Assembly (NCBI GenBank): GCA_036172245.1
Contig: JAYWIR010000096.1
Coordinates: 62,001 to 126,000, forward strand
Direction: 5' to 3'
Length of the DNA stretch: 64,000 nt
Origin: Raillietiella orientalis
Lineage: Eukaryota
Under the pieces are notes generated by a model. That model was not told the DNA's origin. It made no database searches and worked only from the letters and a program-made list of their open reading frames with translations. Shown here in pieces: positions 1 through 12,498 of the stretch. A program made the translations under genes and the position numbers. The first letter of the stretch is position 1. Each line of letters starts with the position of its first letter.

Positions 1-447
1 AAGGATCATAGGACTTACCAACAAGTCCGCTATGGAGATCCTCGCCGGGATGTTTCATGGGTATGGTAATGTTCCCTGTTACAATTTCATGGTGAGGACG
101 ACCATAGCCCTCTTCATCACCGCCATACTTGTGCGGTGGTGGAAAATGAGGAAATCCAGGAGAGCCGCACCACCGATGGAGATCCTACAAGGGCCCTTGA
201 AGAGGGAAAACGGCATCAGGAACTGCGGGAATATCCACGCCTGGACGTATCGATTCATCCTGAAGAGGATCCAGGACGACGCCCGGGACCATCCAGCTGG
301 AATTCCCACCTGAAAAGCAGAACCCTAGTGCAACCAAAGGACCTACAAGTGCAAAATGTTTGTATTGAGTGAATGAGAGTGCGAATGTAAATATTGTATT
401 TTTATAGAAAAATAAACTTACCCCACCCCTTGTGGGACTTGGGGAAA
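1..447 (+). mobile_element. 3' end of a family-Y L1/Tx1-type LINE (ORF2 C-terminus to 313, 3' UTR, AATAAA, terminal hairpin)
   Basis: Near-identical to the reverse complement of 8850-9300; ends AATAAActtaccccaccccttgtgggacttggggaaa. Confidence 0.9.
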
Positions 448-1933
448 CTTAGCGATCGCGAGAGGCGCTGCCTCTTCCAGATCGGAGGGTTCGCGCGTTG
501 CCTTTGCGACCGTTGGGGGCACTGCTGTAGCGGTTGTGCTCGCCCTAGCAGTTTCTTCCTTGGCCGCAGTAGGCGCTGCGTCCGCGCGCGAGGACTGCGG
601 GTTTGCCGGCTGTTTCTTCGCGGCACTCGGTGCCTGGGGCACCTTGGCCGCGGTAGCTTCAGACGGCTCGGTGTTCTTTGCCCGCGGGAGCGTTTTTCCC
701 GTATCGGGCGAACGACCGCATTCCGCGCCGCTCGTCGAGGCCTTGGTACGAGGCTTCGCGGTCGTGATGCCGACAGTAGGAGGCTTTTTGACCTTCGGTA
801 CAATGTCTCCTGCATTCAACAATTGGCTGCGAGGTCTCGTAGAAAGGTCGCATACTTCGCAAGCTTTCTTCGAATCGATAGCCGGAGGCTTTGCCGCGAC
901 AACTTTTTTCGTTTTTCACCCCTATTTTGTCGGTGCAAGAAACAGTTTTCTGCACGTGAGTGGTCGCGGTTTTCGCAACGCTTTTCGAAGCTTTGATGTT
1001 TCTTTCTCTTGATTCGCGGCGATTATTCCGCGATGCGGAACGCGATTCGTTCCTGTGCTCTTCGTTTTTTAAAAGGAGCTCCGGGCACGTTCCTTTTCTG
1101 TGCCGGTGCACGTGGCAGTAACGGCAAGCGCCCAAGGGACACTTCGTAATACGGTGACCCTCCTGCCCGTATTCCGCGCGCACGCACGTTTGCCCGGCAA
1201 ACCACAGGTAGACGGTCATTCCATCCACCTGCAGTCGCGTGGGCATTGCACGGCAATCCGTCATCGTCACTCGCACTTGCGCGAGCCCGCTTTGGTGGTC
1301 TTCGATCCCTTCAGCAGGGTTTGGCAGCCTCGAAAGCGCGTGAACGGTAGGTAATTTTTCAAGGGCCTCCACGACCACGCGGCCCGAAATGCCCTTACAC
1401 ACTCCACTGAGCCGGACAACAAACGACTGGTCCGTTGTGACAGTGAGTATTGCCTGCCCACGAATAAGCGGTTGCGTGTGCAGCAAACGCTGCGTGAGAA
1501 GAGCGTCCTTACTGGACACCTCCCAGTAGCCGCACCCACTCATGGGCATGATGGACTCTAGTTGGCCTTTTTGAACTCCAATCCGTTGAGTTCCTGGCCA
1601 AACTCGCGCCCAACCCGCTCAGGCATAAGGACACTAACCTCATACCTGAGTGCAGGAGTGTAGCCATTTGCTACATACGCCTGAAGCTCAGGGATGTCGG
1701 GCGAAGGTCCCATTGTAGCCGGGAGGGCAGCGACCTAAGCGAATGTCCTCGCCGACGGCGAGTACAGAGGCTCCTTGCTTGCACCCAAAGCAGCCATCTC
1801 AGGAGCAGGTGGCGTTCCCTTCTTGCGGCTCATGTTCTTCTTTGCTCCCATTGCAGCACAGAAGCACAGCGGAACAAAAACACACAAGAGGCAATCTACC
1901 TCGGAGCGACGCAAAAACACGTCCGTACGCGAC
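448..1933 (-). mobile_element. 5' part of a family-T LINE: 5' UTR plus disrupted ORF1 (ATG about 1851), cut by the Y element at 448
   Basis: GGACGTG about 10 nt from the 5' end; ORF1 pieces (PELQAYVANGYTPALRY, YLWFAGQT, degenerate CCHC knuckles) are homologous to ORF1 at 7604; stops and frameshifts present. Confidence 0.8.
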
Positions 1934-3862
1934 CGTCGCTGATGCGTGTGACGGGAGGTGTTCCCGCTTATTTTCGCTCAGCAAAGGAGCGGCTCCTGCC
2001 GGAAGGCGGTGCTTTGCGCCACCTCAGCAACTGGCGTCCGATCACCCTAATAAATTGGGACGTCAAGTTGTTCTCCAAGCTATGGGTTACGCACCTGGGG
2101 AGAATCGCTAAGACCTTGGTACGTCCGGAGCAGACGTATGCTGTTCCGGGGCGGTCCATGGACGCGAATGTATTCTTCGCGCAAACATGGTCCGAGTTGC
2201 AGCAGAATGTGGCGCAACAGAGCCAGGCAGCCGAAATCGCCGCTGCCAAAGGTAAGCGGAGGTGTTCACGGCACGATGGAACGCTGAAAGCCTTAGCGGT
2301 CGCCGTCTATCTCTGAAAAGCGTTCGAAAGCGTAAACCAGGACCTCCTTCTTGAGCTTCTGAGACGCCTAGGCCTCCCGAAGAACCTCGTCGTCTACTTG
2401 CGCTCCTGCTGGTGCCACGCGTTATGCTGTAGCTCTTTCAGCGGGCGTCACGTGTACGGCATTCACATACGGCGGGGTATTAGGCAGAAAGACAGTTTAA
2501 GCCCCCTGCTCTTCAGCATCTTCTTTGAGATGGTGCTGAGGGCGTACAGGATGACGCTGGACAACCTGCCGAGCTCCTGCCCGGGAACACCAACCGTGGT
2601 TGCCTATGCTGACGACCTTCTCCTGCTGTTGCCCATGTCCACCCCGCAGTCCAGGCTCGAGGACTTCTTCGGTCTCATTCGTCGGGGAGCGTGCCTGAGC
2701 TTAACAGGACGAAATCAACCGTTGTACCGGTTGGCTCTACGTGGGAGGGGCAGTCCGACTGGATCCGCCAGAGGATACGCACGGGCAAGTGCTTAAAGCA
2801 CCTCGGCGTTGCCTTGGGCGCCTTCTGTTCAGCAGAAGCGTGGACGGACTGCCTTCACAAGGCCGAGACTGCTCTGGGCCCGTTCCATGGCAGCAGGTTT
2901 CTCCTGTCGGAACGGGCCTTCTTGTGGAACATTTTCGTTGCCCCCCTCCTCCGTCCCCTCTTTTTTGTTTGTCCTTCTCCCTACTCGGCTAAGCGCCGGG
3001 CGCAACGCCTGTTGCGGAACGCCCTGTGGGGACCGGCGAGGTCCAGGATACGCCTGAAGGACTTGGCGGCTCCTCGGCGGGATGCACGATTGGGCATCCT
3101 GACGCTGCAGCGGATCGGACTGCTTGTGCAGTTCCGCGTGCTGGCACTTTGTGCGCAGCTATGGACTACTCCCTGGTGTGCTCCAGCGCGTCTGCAGCTG
3201 CGTCGCTACACGGGCGGCGACGGACTACGTTCGTTGCATCTGCGCACGGAGCGCGCCCAGAGAGGATTCGGCTTCCCTTTAAAGCAGCTCGCCACGCTTC
3301 TGGGAAAGCATGAGTGGATCTCCTGCCGGCCGACGAAATTCAACGCCTGGAGGCAGGAAGCCTTATCGTCCTGGGCAGCGCAATTGTGTTGTGTCCCGTT
3401 TGGAACTCCGTTGCGTGAAACTTTCCCCATACTGTCCAGTGGGGAAGGTGCTGGAAGACCAGGACCAGTGGACACGCCTAGCCGCTACGCCACTCGCCGA
3501 AGCACTGTGTGCCCTGATGGTGCGAGATGACAGTGACCTGCAGGCGAGGTGGGAGATCACTTGCGAAATCGCAGGGGAAACTTGACTGCTGGGCGGATGG
3601 AGGACTTGCGAAGTGGCAGACGCTGCCACACCTCGCATTCGTGGCAAAAGACTTCTTTGGTGGAATGAGCTTTTAAGGGTGCCCACCGATAAAATTTTGA
3701 TTCCTTCTGAGTGTTTGGACGCGACTCTCTTCCCATTTCGGTGGAAGCAGGAAGCTTTCCTGCTGGCGCATTGAGGTTTGCACTGCAGCCAGCGGGCGAA
3801 CCTGGTTTCCGGGGAGTTGCGTATTCGAACTGTGCCAAATGCGGAGCGGTGGAATCGCTTCC
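1934..3862 (+). pseudogene. Degenerate LINE ORF2 fragment (RT through start of the C-terminal zinc finger)
   Basis: NWRPITLIN, PEQTYAVPGRSM, RRGIRQKDSLSPLLF, AYADD, CAKCGAVESLP; several stops and frameshifts. Confidence 0.88.
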
Positions 3863-6800
3863 GGGGCATTTTTTGTTTAATAAACATTTACAAAGACGTG
3901 CAGTGGCTGGACCATTGCTCCTGCCACTCACGAAGAAACACAGAGCCTGCCTGGTCACCGGTTCGCAGACCGGCACGGTCCACCACGGCAGCAGCAGGAA
4001 GGGAGAAAAAAACAAAAAACAAATTAAAAACAAAAGAAAAAACTGGGAGGGTACCGGAACGGATCAAAGTTGCTGGTGGGGTCGTTGCATCCTTTACAGA
4101 ATGCCTGCAAGCTCCTGCTGCATTCTTGGATCCAGGTGGGGCCATCGCGACGCTCTGTCCAGAAACTAAGAGGCTGGCTGGATGGCACCCTGGTCGCGTT
4201 GTCCTCCCGTAGCCTTGCTCCAGGCGGTGAGGATCCCGCGTAGGTAGCACATAGCTGCTAACGAGGCCGCAGGCCGAAGGGCGTCGGCAACGAAGAGGGC
4301 TTTCAGAGCGTCACTGGGGTTGCCGCAGGGGATTCCGATGGCAGCAGCAAAGCAAAATTAAAGAAGCCGAAGGGCAACACAATCCACTAGCAGGTGGGGG
4401 AGGGACTCCCGTTCCCCACACAGGACGCAATTGGGGTCCACCGTTCCCCAGGTCCAGTATTGTTGGCGAGCGTTGCAGGGTAGTCCCCAGTGCTGCAACA
4501 GGAGAGCCGACTCCCGCCATTTTAAGGGGAGGGTGGAGGTGTTGATTAGTACCGCGAGCCACTTCAAACGTTCGATGGGAGAGTCGAGCAGCGCGCCCCA
4601 GCGAAGAAGTCAATAGAAAGGAGTACTCGGGGTGGCAGCGTCAGTCAGCTGACCCGTCTTCCACTCTCCTATCTTCTCCTTTCCGGAGATTTTTACTGTA
4701 ATCATCCACTTTGCCGCAACATCGCTGTCCAGATCTTTCATCAGGGAGGGCAGCGCAGCAGAGATGGGGGTCTTCCTGCCCACGCTCTCTTCTTTGGATC
4801 CTCCAGGATCTAGCGGAGCGGGCAACTTCTGTAACCCCAAAACAGGAACCTTCGTTCCTGCTGGGAGCGTTCCATGCCGAACTGTTCTGACGTTCGAACG
4901 GTTTCCTACAACCAGGCACTACCGTTCAAAGGGCGACAGGTGACCAATCCTGGGTATTTCCGGTACAGCGCAGCAACCCTCCGTAGCTCCAGTCCGCATC
5001 GGTTGACGCGTCGACGGAGTGCAAGAAACGACGTCAGTCCCGTCTTGCCAATGGGTTGCTTGAGAAGGAGACGTGCAGTGACGCACCAACAGGTGCACCA
5101 CAGCTCTGGAACAACTGCCGACATTTTAAACTGGAGCTGGAGCTCCAGCCGTTCCAGCGTCAGAAGGTCCAGACCACCGTCCCGACGTGGAGCGCACAAG
5201 TCCTTTAAGCGGAAACGGGCCCTCCCGTTGCCAAACAGGGCGATATGGATGGGGTACTTTCTCCGCTTTTTAGTTCTCTCTGTGGGGAAACAAACAGAAA
5301 GCAGGGGGCGAAATGGAGGAGCCGCGAACGTGTTTTAAACCGCGACCCGTTCAGGCAGGAAAGACCTGCCGCCTCGGAACGGGCCGATTGCCGTCTGTAC
5401 TTTTTGGAGGCAGCAGAACCACGCATCCGCAGGGGAGTAGTCCCCCAACGGCACACCAAAGTACTTGAAGTACCTCACCGTGAGGATCCCCAAACGGACC
5501 CAGTCCTGCTGCTTTGCTTTCGCCGCACCATCTGGTATCACGGGCGACTTCGCCCTGTTCACCGTAAATCCGGCTCCCCGATGCAGCAGGTCGAAGAACT
5601 TCTCGACCGCCGAAGCCGGGGTGGACATAGGGAGCAGCAGCAGAAGGTCATCCACGTACGCTGAAACGACCGGAGTACCAGCACAGTCGTGCGGTAGGTG
5701 CGCCAGAGTTCCCCTGTACGTTCTCAGTACCAACTCAAAGTAGGAACTGAAGAGCAAGGGGCTCAGGCTGTCTCTCTGCTGGATCCCACGCTGAACCGGA
5801 ACGCCGTGCACAGTCTGCCCGCTGAAAGTAACTTTGATAAGCGCGTCGCGCCAGTAGGTTCTCAGATAGGTTACTAATAAGGCCAAGAATCCCAAGCGTT
5901 TCATAAGCTTCATAAGGAGATTCTGGTCGACGCAAACGAATGCTGTCCTCAAGTCGACTGCGACCGCAAAGGCTCTCTCCCCCACCCGATCATCCTACCC
6001 CTTACCGGCGCACGCATCGTAATTTCGGCTGCGCACCAAGCTCCTTTCTCGTTGGAGCTCTAGCCAGGTGAAAGCGTAGAATAGGTTCGCCATGCTTCGC
6101 CCGCGACCAGCATATGCCTGTTCTGGGCTGATGAAGATGTTGGCAGCCCTTCCTAACCTCTCTGCTCACATCTTGGCTAGCAACCTGGCGTCCGCATTCA
6201 CTATTGTGATGTGACGCCAGTAGTTCATGCTCTTCAGGTCTCCTTTCTTAGCGAGGAGCCGCACTTTTGCCGAACGAAACAAGGCGGAAAAGTCACCTGT
6301 GTCGTGTATTAGCAAGGTCAGTTGCTCTACCAGGGGGTTGAGCTCAGCCGCGAAGGTTTGGTGAAACTCCGCGGGCATGCCGTCCTCTTCTGGAGCTTTG
6401 CGCTTCTAGAGCTTTCCGATGGCCGAGAGGATCTCGTCCATCGTGAAAGGCTCGTCGAGGGTCTTTCTCTCCCACTCCCGGATCGCCGGAGCGCCTTTCG
6501 GAATAAGGTGCTGTGAGACGTTCCTCTCCGGAGGTGCCCTGGCATACAGGGAGGAGTAATATCTCCGCAGCAGTCCACGGATTTAAGCGGGTGCCGAGTG
6601 CTCCTGGCCCTGATCGTCCAAGAAGCCGGCTGATCCGGACTTCCAGGCTTGCCTCTCGGGTCCCGCTTTGTATTCCGTCAGCTTGCGTATGTCCGGGGTC
6701 CTGGCGTAACGAGGGGCCTGCAGTTAGACTCGCTCGTTACGGACACCGGTCCCAAATCCCGTAGGTATGCGGTGCAGAGGGAACTGGTTGCAGAACAGCT

Positions 6801-7488
6801 AGACCGCCCGCTTGAAGCGGTCCCAATCCTTGAGGATTTGCACCCTGAAGCTCCGTATGAGCGTGCGGAGAAGTTCTGCCGCGTCCAAGAGCTTCATCCA
6901 GTTCCCTGGGAGACGCCACGCTGACGAGGGGAAGCTCCTATCGCGCGGATGGATCTCGAGGACTAGAGGGCAATGGTCGGACAGCTCGCACGGTAACCAG
7001 CCGCGCCTGCCCACGCGAAGGCACAGGTGATCGTCAAGAAACACGTGGTCAATGCTGTCTCCCATTTCCGGTGCACTGACCAACAAATTGCGGGTGTGCA
7101 CCGCCATGCACACCTTGTTGACCAGGTCACGCTCGGGATTCTGCCCATGTGGTTTCAGGCAAACGTTGAAACTGCCTGCAACCAGATGGGCATTCCGTAC
7201 GCCTGCTTCGGTCAGCTAGTCGCGCCGTAGGGCAATTCAAAACTCTTTTCTCACCCTACTATTCATCAGGTCCGCGCCACTCGCTGCGTACACGTTCCTG
7301 ACGAACAGATCGATGGAGTCGGACCACCTGAGAGTCAGCTGGTCGACCCGACCATGATCGTCGAACAGCACGTCCAAAGCCACGGCCTCGACGGTTGAAG
7401 AAAGCAGGCAGGCGACACCGCAACTTTTAGGATTCCCACACCTATACCATAGGCGCCCTCCGGAGATCCGTTCGATCTCCTGCGCTCG
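3863..7488 (-). mobile_element. Degenerate LINE 'D': ORF2 pseudogene from within the EN to the 3' UTR; 5' part removed at the AQEI codons where X1 begins
   Basis: AQEIERISGGRLW, NVYA, IDHVFLD, SDH, RGIQQRDSLSPLLF, YVDD, CVLCGERESLPHLLVDC; U-rich 3' UTR about 4005-4045. Confidence 0.88.
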
Positions 7489-7496
7489 TACAGTGC

Positions 7497-7506
7497 AGAC
7501 GTGTTT
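7497..7506 (+). promoter_or_regulatory. Conserved 5' RGACGTG motif (candidate internal promoter element), representative copy
   Basis: Lies about 10 nt from the 5' end of X, T, W and Z elements whose UTRs are otherwise dissimilar. Confidence 0.5.
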
Positions 7507-7603
7507 CCGCGTCTTTCCGCGCCAACGATCGGGCAACTTTGTGCCTGCGTTTTTGCTCGCACTTGTGTGTTCCTGTGCAATCTGCCAAGTAGCATAGTGC
7601 AAC

Positions 7604-8849
7604 ATGGCCAGTACACAGGCTAGTGTGGAGGAGCAAGCCACTGGATGCACTTCAGCTGCACTTGAAGTGGCCGCATCCTCCGTAATGGTTTCCTCGCCCC
7701 CGGTGAGGAGTTACGCCGTCGTTACCTCCCAAAGACCAGGACCCTGCGATGCGGAGTTCCAGGCATATGTGTCATCAGGATACATGCCTGCACTCCGTTA
7801 TAAGGTCAGTGGGCCACTTAACGGGAGAATCGGTCGTGAGCTCAATGATGAGCTCGTCCGGATAGGCGTTCGCGAGGAGGAACTCCTTGCCATAATGCCT
7901 GCTGGCAGGATGGAATATACGAAGATTCGGTGCAAGAACGCAGCACTTGTGCAGCGCCTTCTCCGTACGCCGTTGACCATCAATGGCATGGAAGTCCTAC
8001 CTACCGCGATGGACGACTCTTTTGTCGTTCAATTGTGCGACATCGAACCGGAAATCTCCGACCGCGATGTCGTAAGTGTGCTGGCGAAGTTCGCCAACGT
8101 GCACGCTCTGTGGAGGAGGCCAAATCCTCTAAAGGATTTCCCCTCTGTCCACATTGGACAAGCCTCCGCGAGGATCACCGTCGCGAACAGGAGTGTTGTG
8201 CCTGAGCAGCTGCAGGTGAACGGCACGGTCGTTCACCTGTGGTTCATAGGCCAGACTCGCGCGTGCGAGCAGTGCGGCAAGGATGGGTACCGAATTAAAG
8301 AGTGCCCCTCTCCAAGATGCCGCTATTGCAAAGATTCCGGGCACGAAATCAAGAAGTGCCCGGTACTTGCAAGAAAAAGAGCCGCAGCGGAAATTCGTCG
8401 GGTTCAAGAGACCACTGCACGAAAAGCCGCAGCGGCAAATAAAAATCGTCGTCCGCAAAAACTCGAAAAAAACCACGAGCGATCCGCGGATAAAAAGAAA
8501 GCATCCCCGCCCGCAACGCCCCGAAAGGGGAAAGTCACGGCGGGGAAGCCAATTAAAAGGGGGCGCGAGGGTTTGACGCGTGCCGTGCCTTCCCTCTCTG
8601 CCGAACTCGCAGGCACCTTTCCGAACCTGGAACCAGGAAATCTCCGTAACACCCTGGAGGGAAAGGTAGGAAAACAGGAAGATCGCAACAGTGCGAAGAC
8701 TTCTTGCCCCGTTCCGTTGTCCCTTTCGAGTTCCGGACAGCCCCACTGCAGCGCAGGCCCCACTGCAAAGGCTACGAAAGCCGTAAAAGGCAGCGTCGCA
8801 ACGAGCAAAAGCACGCTGCATGCAGTCGCCCCATCGCCGACTCGGCAGG
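7604..8849 (+). CDS. X1 ORF1, N-terminal part (nucleic-acid-binding protein, two zinc knuckles), interrupted by Y
   Basis: SYAVV motif, CEQCGKDGYRIKEC and CRYCKDSGHEIKKC; rejoins 14472-15130 in frame (634 aa) once Y and one TSD copy are removed. Confidence 0.88.
8834..8849 (+). repeat. Target-site duplication of Y, left copy (right copy 14456-14471)
   Basis: tcgccgactcggcagg vs tcaccgactcggcagg (15/16); the empty site is present in X3 at about 26181-26196. Confidence 0.92.
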
Positions 8850-8983
8850 TTTCCCCAAGTCCCACAAGGGGTGGGGTAAGTTTATTTTTCTATAAAAATA
8901 CAAAATTTACATTCGCACTCTCATTCACTCAATACAATTATTTTGCACTTGGGGGTCCTTGGGTTGCACTAGAGTTCTGCTTT

Positions 8984-11900
8984 TCAGGGGGAAATTCCAG
9001 CTGGATGGTCCCGGGCGTCGTCCTGGATCCTTTTAAGGATGAATCGGTACGTCCAGGCGTGGATCTTCCCGCAGTTCCTGATGCCGATTTCCCTCTTCAA
9101 GAGCCCTTGTAGTATCTCCATCGGTGGTGCGGCTCTTCTGGCTTTCCTCATTTTCCACCACCGCACAAGTATGGCGGTGATGAAGAGGGCTATGGTCGTC
9201 CTCACCATGGGATTGTAACAGGGAACATTACCATCCCCATGAAACATCCCGGCGAGGATCTCCATAACGGACTTGTTGGTAAGTCCTATGATCCTTTTCA
9301 GGATCAGCCAGTCATGCAGGAGTGTGGGACACGTCAAGACGTGAAGTCTCGTGTCATCGTCTCCACATGCTGCGCAGTCTCGGTCTTCCCGTCTTCCTGT
9401 AAAGTGCTGCAATCGGGACCCACTCTGGATTCCTCCGTGATAAAACATCAGGAGGTCATCCTGGGTGCCCGGCGGAAGGTCACTCCTCCAGAGCGTCGTG
9501 CCGATCGCTAACAGGTTGAACCGTTCACTCCCGTAGCGTTCGGTGGCTTCCTGGAGGGCACTGGTGTGACGGTCGTTTTCTTGGATAAGCCTTTGGAGGT
9601 TTGTTCTGGTTACCCTCGACCAAGCGAAGTCGTTGTGGTTGAACCACACTTCGCGGGTCCTGTGGGTAAACCTTCCTAACATCATCTCTGTATACCGAAG
9701 TAAACGTGTTTGATGTAGGTAGCCTCCTCGCCTCCACTCCTGGATTTGGTGTAGGGTAACTCTGGACCGCTGGTAGATCCAGCTTCTCGTGTCCGGCGGG
9801 ACAGGAAGCAACCAAGGGATCACCAGGATGGACTCGTCCTGCCAGAGTTCCCTGCTTCGCGGCACGATCTTGATTTGGTGCTTCCGCACCAGCCGTTGCT
9901 TCCTCGTCCAGGTGGGGTCGATTTTGTTCCATTTGCCTGCTCGGCCTAGCAGCGCAGTCATCAGGCCTTTCGAGTTGTTAAGCAACAACGCGTAGGCCCT
10001 GTGCGCCGAACACGGCCAGTCATCCCAGTGAGTGGCAATGTCCAGGTTGTTTCGCGTATCCATGATTTCCATGGAATGTGCAAGCGACTTCATCCCGGAA
10101 CCGCCTTCTTCCCTGGGACGACACAGGGGTTTCAGTCTTACTCTTGGGCGATAGTGGCCCCAGAGTGTTTTTCTTTGCAGCTTGTCGAACTCCCTAGTAG
10201 TGTCCTTGTTCATCCTCGCGAAGGCCGCCCCGAAGAGCACTTTCGGAAGGAGTACTCCGTTCCATATGTTGGCCTTTCGCTTCATCCCAAGGTCCGCTCG
10301 GGTGTACTTGGCTGCTTCCTTGGCCGTTTTCCCCAGGATTTCTTTCGACAGCAGCTTCGACGCAGAGCCGTCGCCGATGTAGACTTCCAGGTACTTGGCC
10401 GTGTCCACCGTACGGAATCCACTACCCGTTAGAGTGGAGAGATCCAGGATTCCGACGGGCAAAAGCTGGCTCTTCTGGGAATTGATTTTTAAGCCCAAGC
10501 CCTGTTCCATCTGGTCCACCACATCCAGAAACGCACGCTGTTTTTTCTCTCCCTTGATGAAGAAGAGTAGATCATCGGCGTATGCCAGATGGGTAAGACG
10601 CTGGCTATCGATGGTAATCCCGCTTAGTCGTCCGCTCTTCTCGATAAAGGACGACAACGCCTCCATATAGATGACGAACAGCATCGGACTTAGCGAGTCG
10701 CCCTGTCGGACTCCTCGTTCCATCCTGATTGCTGCCGTCTCCTGGCCGTTGATCTTGATCCGGCAGTACTGGTTCTGGAGTACCGCCCTCACGAAGTTGC
10801 TGAAGTGTTCCGGAAGCCCTAGCTTCTCCAGAACTTTCAGCAGCATCCCATGGCCGATGGAGTCGAAGGCCTTCTCCATGTCAGTGAACACCAGCACCAG
10901 GTTCTCGCCGACGTATCGACTGAGTCCAACAGTGGCCTGGGCACACTTGACATTGTCCGACATGTGTCGTCCTGGGACTGAACATGTCTGGACCGGAGAG
11001 ATCAGCCTCGACATGACCTTGCCTAAGCGGTTGGACCAGATCTTCGCCAACCACTTGGCATCGGAGTTTAGAATCGAGATTGGCCTCCATTGGGCGATCT
11101 GGGTAGAGTCGCCTCCTTTCGGCAGCAATCTCATCCGACTCTCGTAGAAGGACTGAGGTAGTCTGCCTTCTTCCCGGATGCAGAGGGTCAACTGGTGGAA
11201 CAAGCGCAGGTAGGTGTGCAGGTACCGCTGATAGTGCGTGATGGGTACACTGTCAGGGCCCGCTGCCACGTCCTTGCGAAGTTGCCCAAACGCAGTCTTC
11301 ACCTCTTCTTCCGAGAACTCCTCCTCCAGTCTGTTCCGCTGGAGGTCGTCGGTCCTCTTCTCGAGATAGCTCAAGAAGGCCTGTTGACTAGAGCGACACA
11401 GCTGTTGTCGCCTGAAGTGTTTCGTGTAATGCCTGTGATAGGCATCCACGATGTCCTCAGACGACTGTCGCTTTTGGCCGTCGTACTGGATGCAGAAGAT
11501 ATCTGTTGCCAGATTTCTCTTCTCCAGCACGCCGACTTCCCCTTTACCGACTCTCGTACTGATCGAAGTACTTTGAGAGGGAGCGATCTTGGATGTTCAG
11601 CTCCCGGTACGCCTCTTGCCTCAAGCGCCTATCCCCGAACTGCATGTTCGCAAACAGGTGTATCCTGTGTTTCAGGCAGTCCCAGTCGGCGACTCTTCGG
11701 ATTGTTGTTGCCCTCAGAATCGCCTCCAGGACAGCCTGATGTCCGGGATGGGTTTCGAACCAGGCGGGCATGCTGATGAGCGCCGCCCTGGTGCCTTGCC
11801 TCCGTCGAGGATTCTCCGTTCTTAGGGAAAACCGCACCAGGGGGTGATCGGACACCGTTGTCATAGTGTCGCGAAACCCCTGGATGCGGTTCCCAAGTTC

Positions 11901-12485
11901 GGTGCTGTGCAGGACGTGATCGATTGGCTTGTGGCTTGCTGTTCGCCAGACCAATCCAAACTCGTCGGATAGCCGTCGATACGCCGTCCTTCCTCTGGCG
12001 TCTTCCGAATGAATGATCTCATCCAAGATGTTGAGATCGCCAGCAACTATCACGACGTCCTTAGGGGCGACCTTTTGCCGGAGTGTTGCATGCAGCGCCT
12101 CCGCACAACGATGTTTTAGCCTGTGCGGCCCGTACACGTTCACCAGGATAAAGTGAACAGTCGCGGACCAGGCCAGTCGCACGCCGATGATTCGTCCGGG
12201 TTGGGGACAGAACACTTCCAGAATAGTGGGGGCTAAGTTGTTCTTTATTAGCACCGCCACACCCTTCGTGTTCCGTTCTCCTTCGTTGACGAACATCTGC
12301 CCGTTGAATCGCCGTTCTATTCGCTGGCTTATCTCGAGACCCATCCTGTGGGTCTCCTGCAGGCACACGATGTCTTGTTGTGCGATGGTCCGCACAATCC
12401 TTCTTCTTTTTCCCCGGTCGACCACACCGTTTACGTTCCAGGAGGCGATGTTTATCCTCCTGGCGGTCGATAGGGAAGAGGCCAT
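8984..12485 (-). pseudogene. Y ORF2 (APE endonuclease-RT-CCHC) with one frameshift near 11545
   Basis: SWNVNG, LQETH, NVYGP, GDLN, IDH, SDH in 11544-12485; QWRPISILN, DMEKAFD, GVRQGDSLSPMLF, YADD, KYL, CAACGDDDTRLHVLTC in 8984-11530; the two ORFs lie in different frames. Confidence 0.9.
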
Positions 12486-12498
12486 AAAAGGGGAAGAC

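Noticed and set aside
7489..7603. HDV-like or hammerhead ribozyme in the 5' UTRs
   Set aside because: I could not identify the required helices or catalytic core by eye; an Infernal or RNArobo search would be needed.
8850..9112. C-terminal extension of ORF 7604-9112, and similar fused ORFs at 30708-33587 and 44346-45605
   Set aside because: These are read-through across insertion junctions into the antisense strand of the neighbouring element.
11530..11560. Programmed frameshift between Y EN and RT
   Set aside because: Only one copy covers this region and there is no clear slippery heptamer; a single indel or sequencing error is simpler. A second Y copy would decide it.
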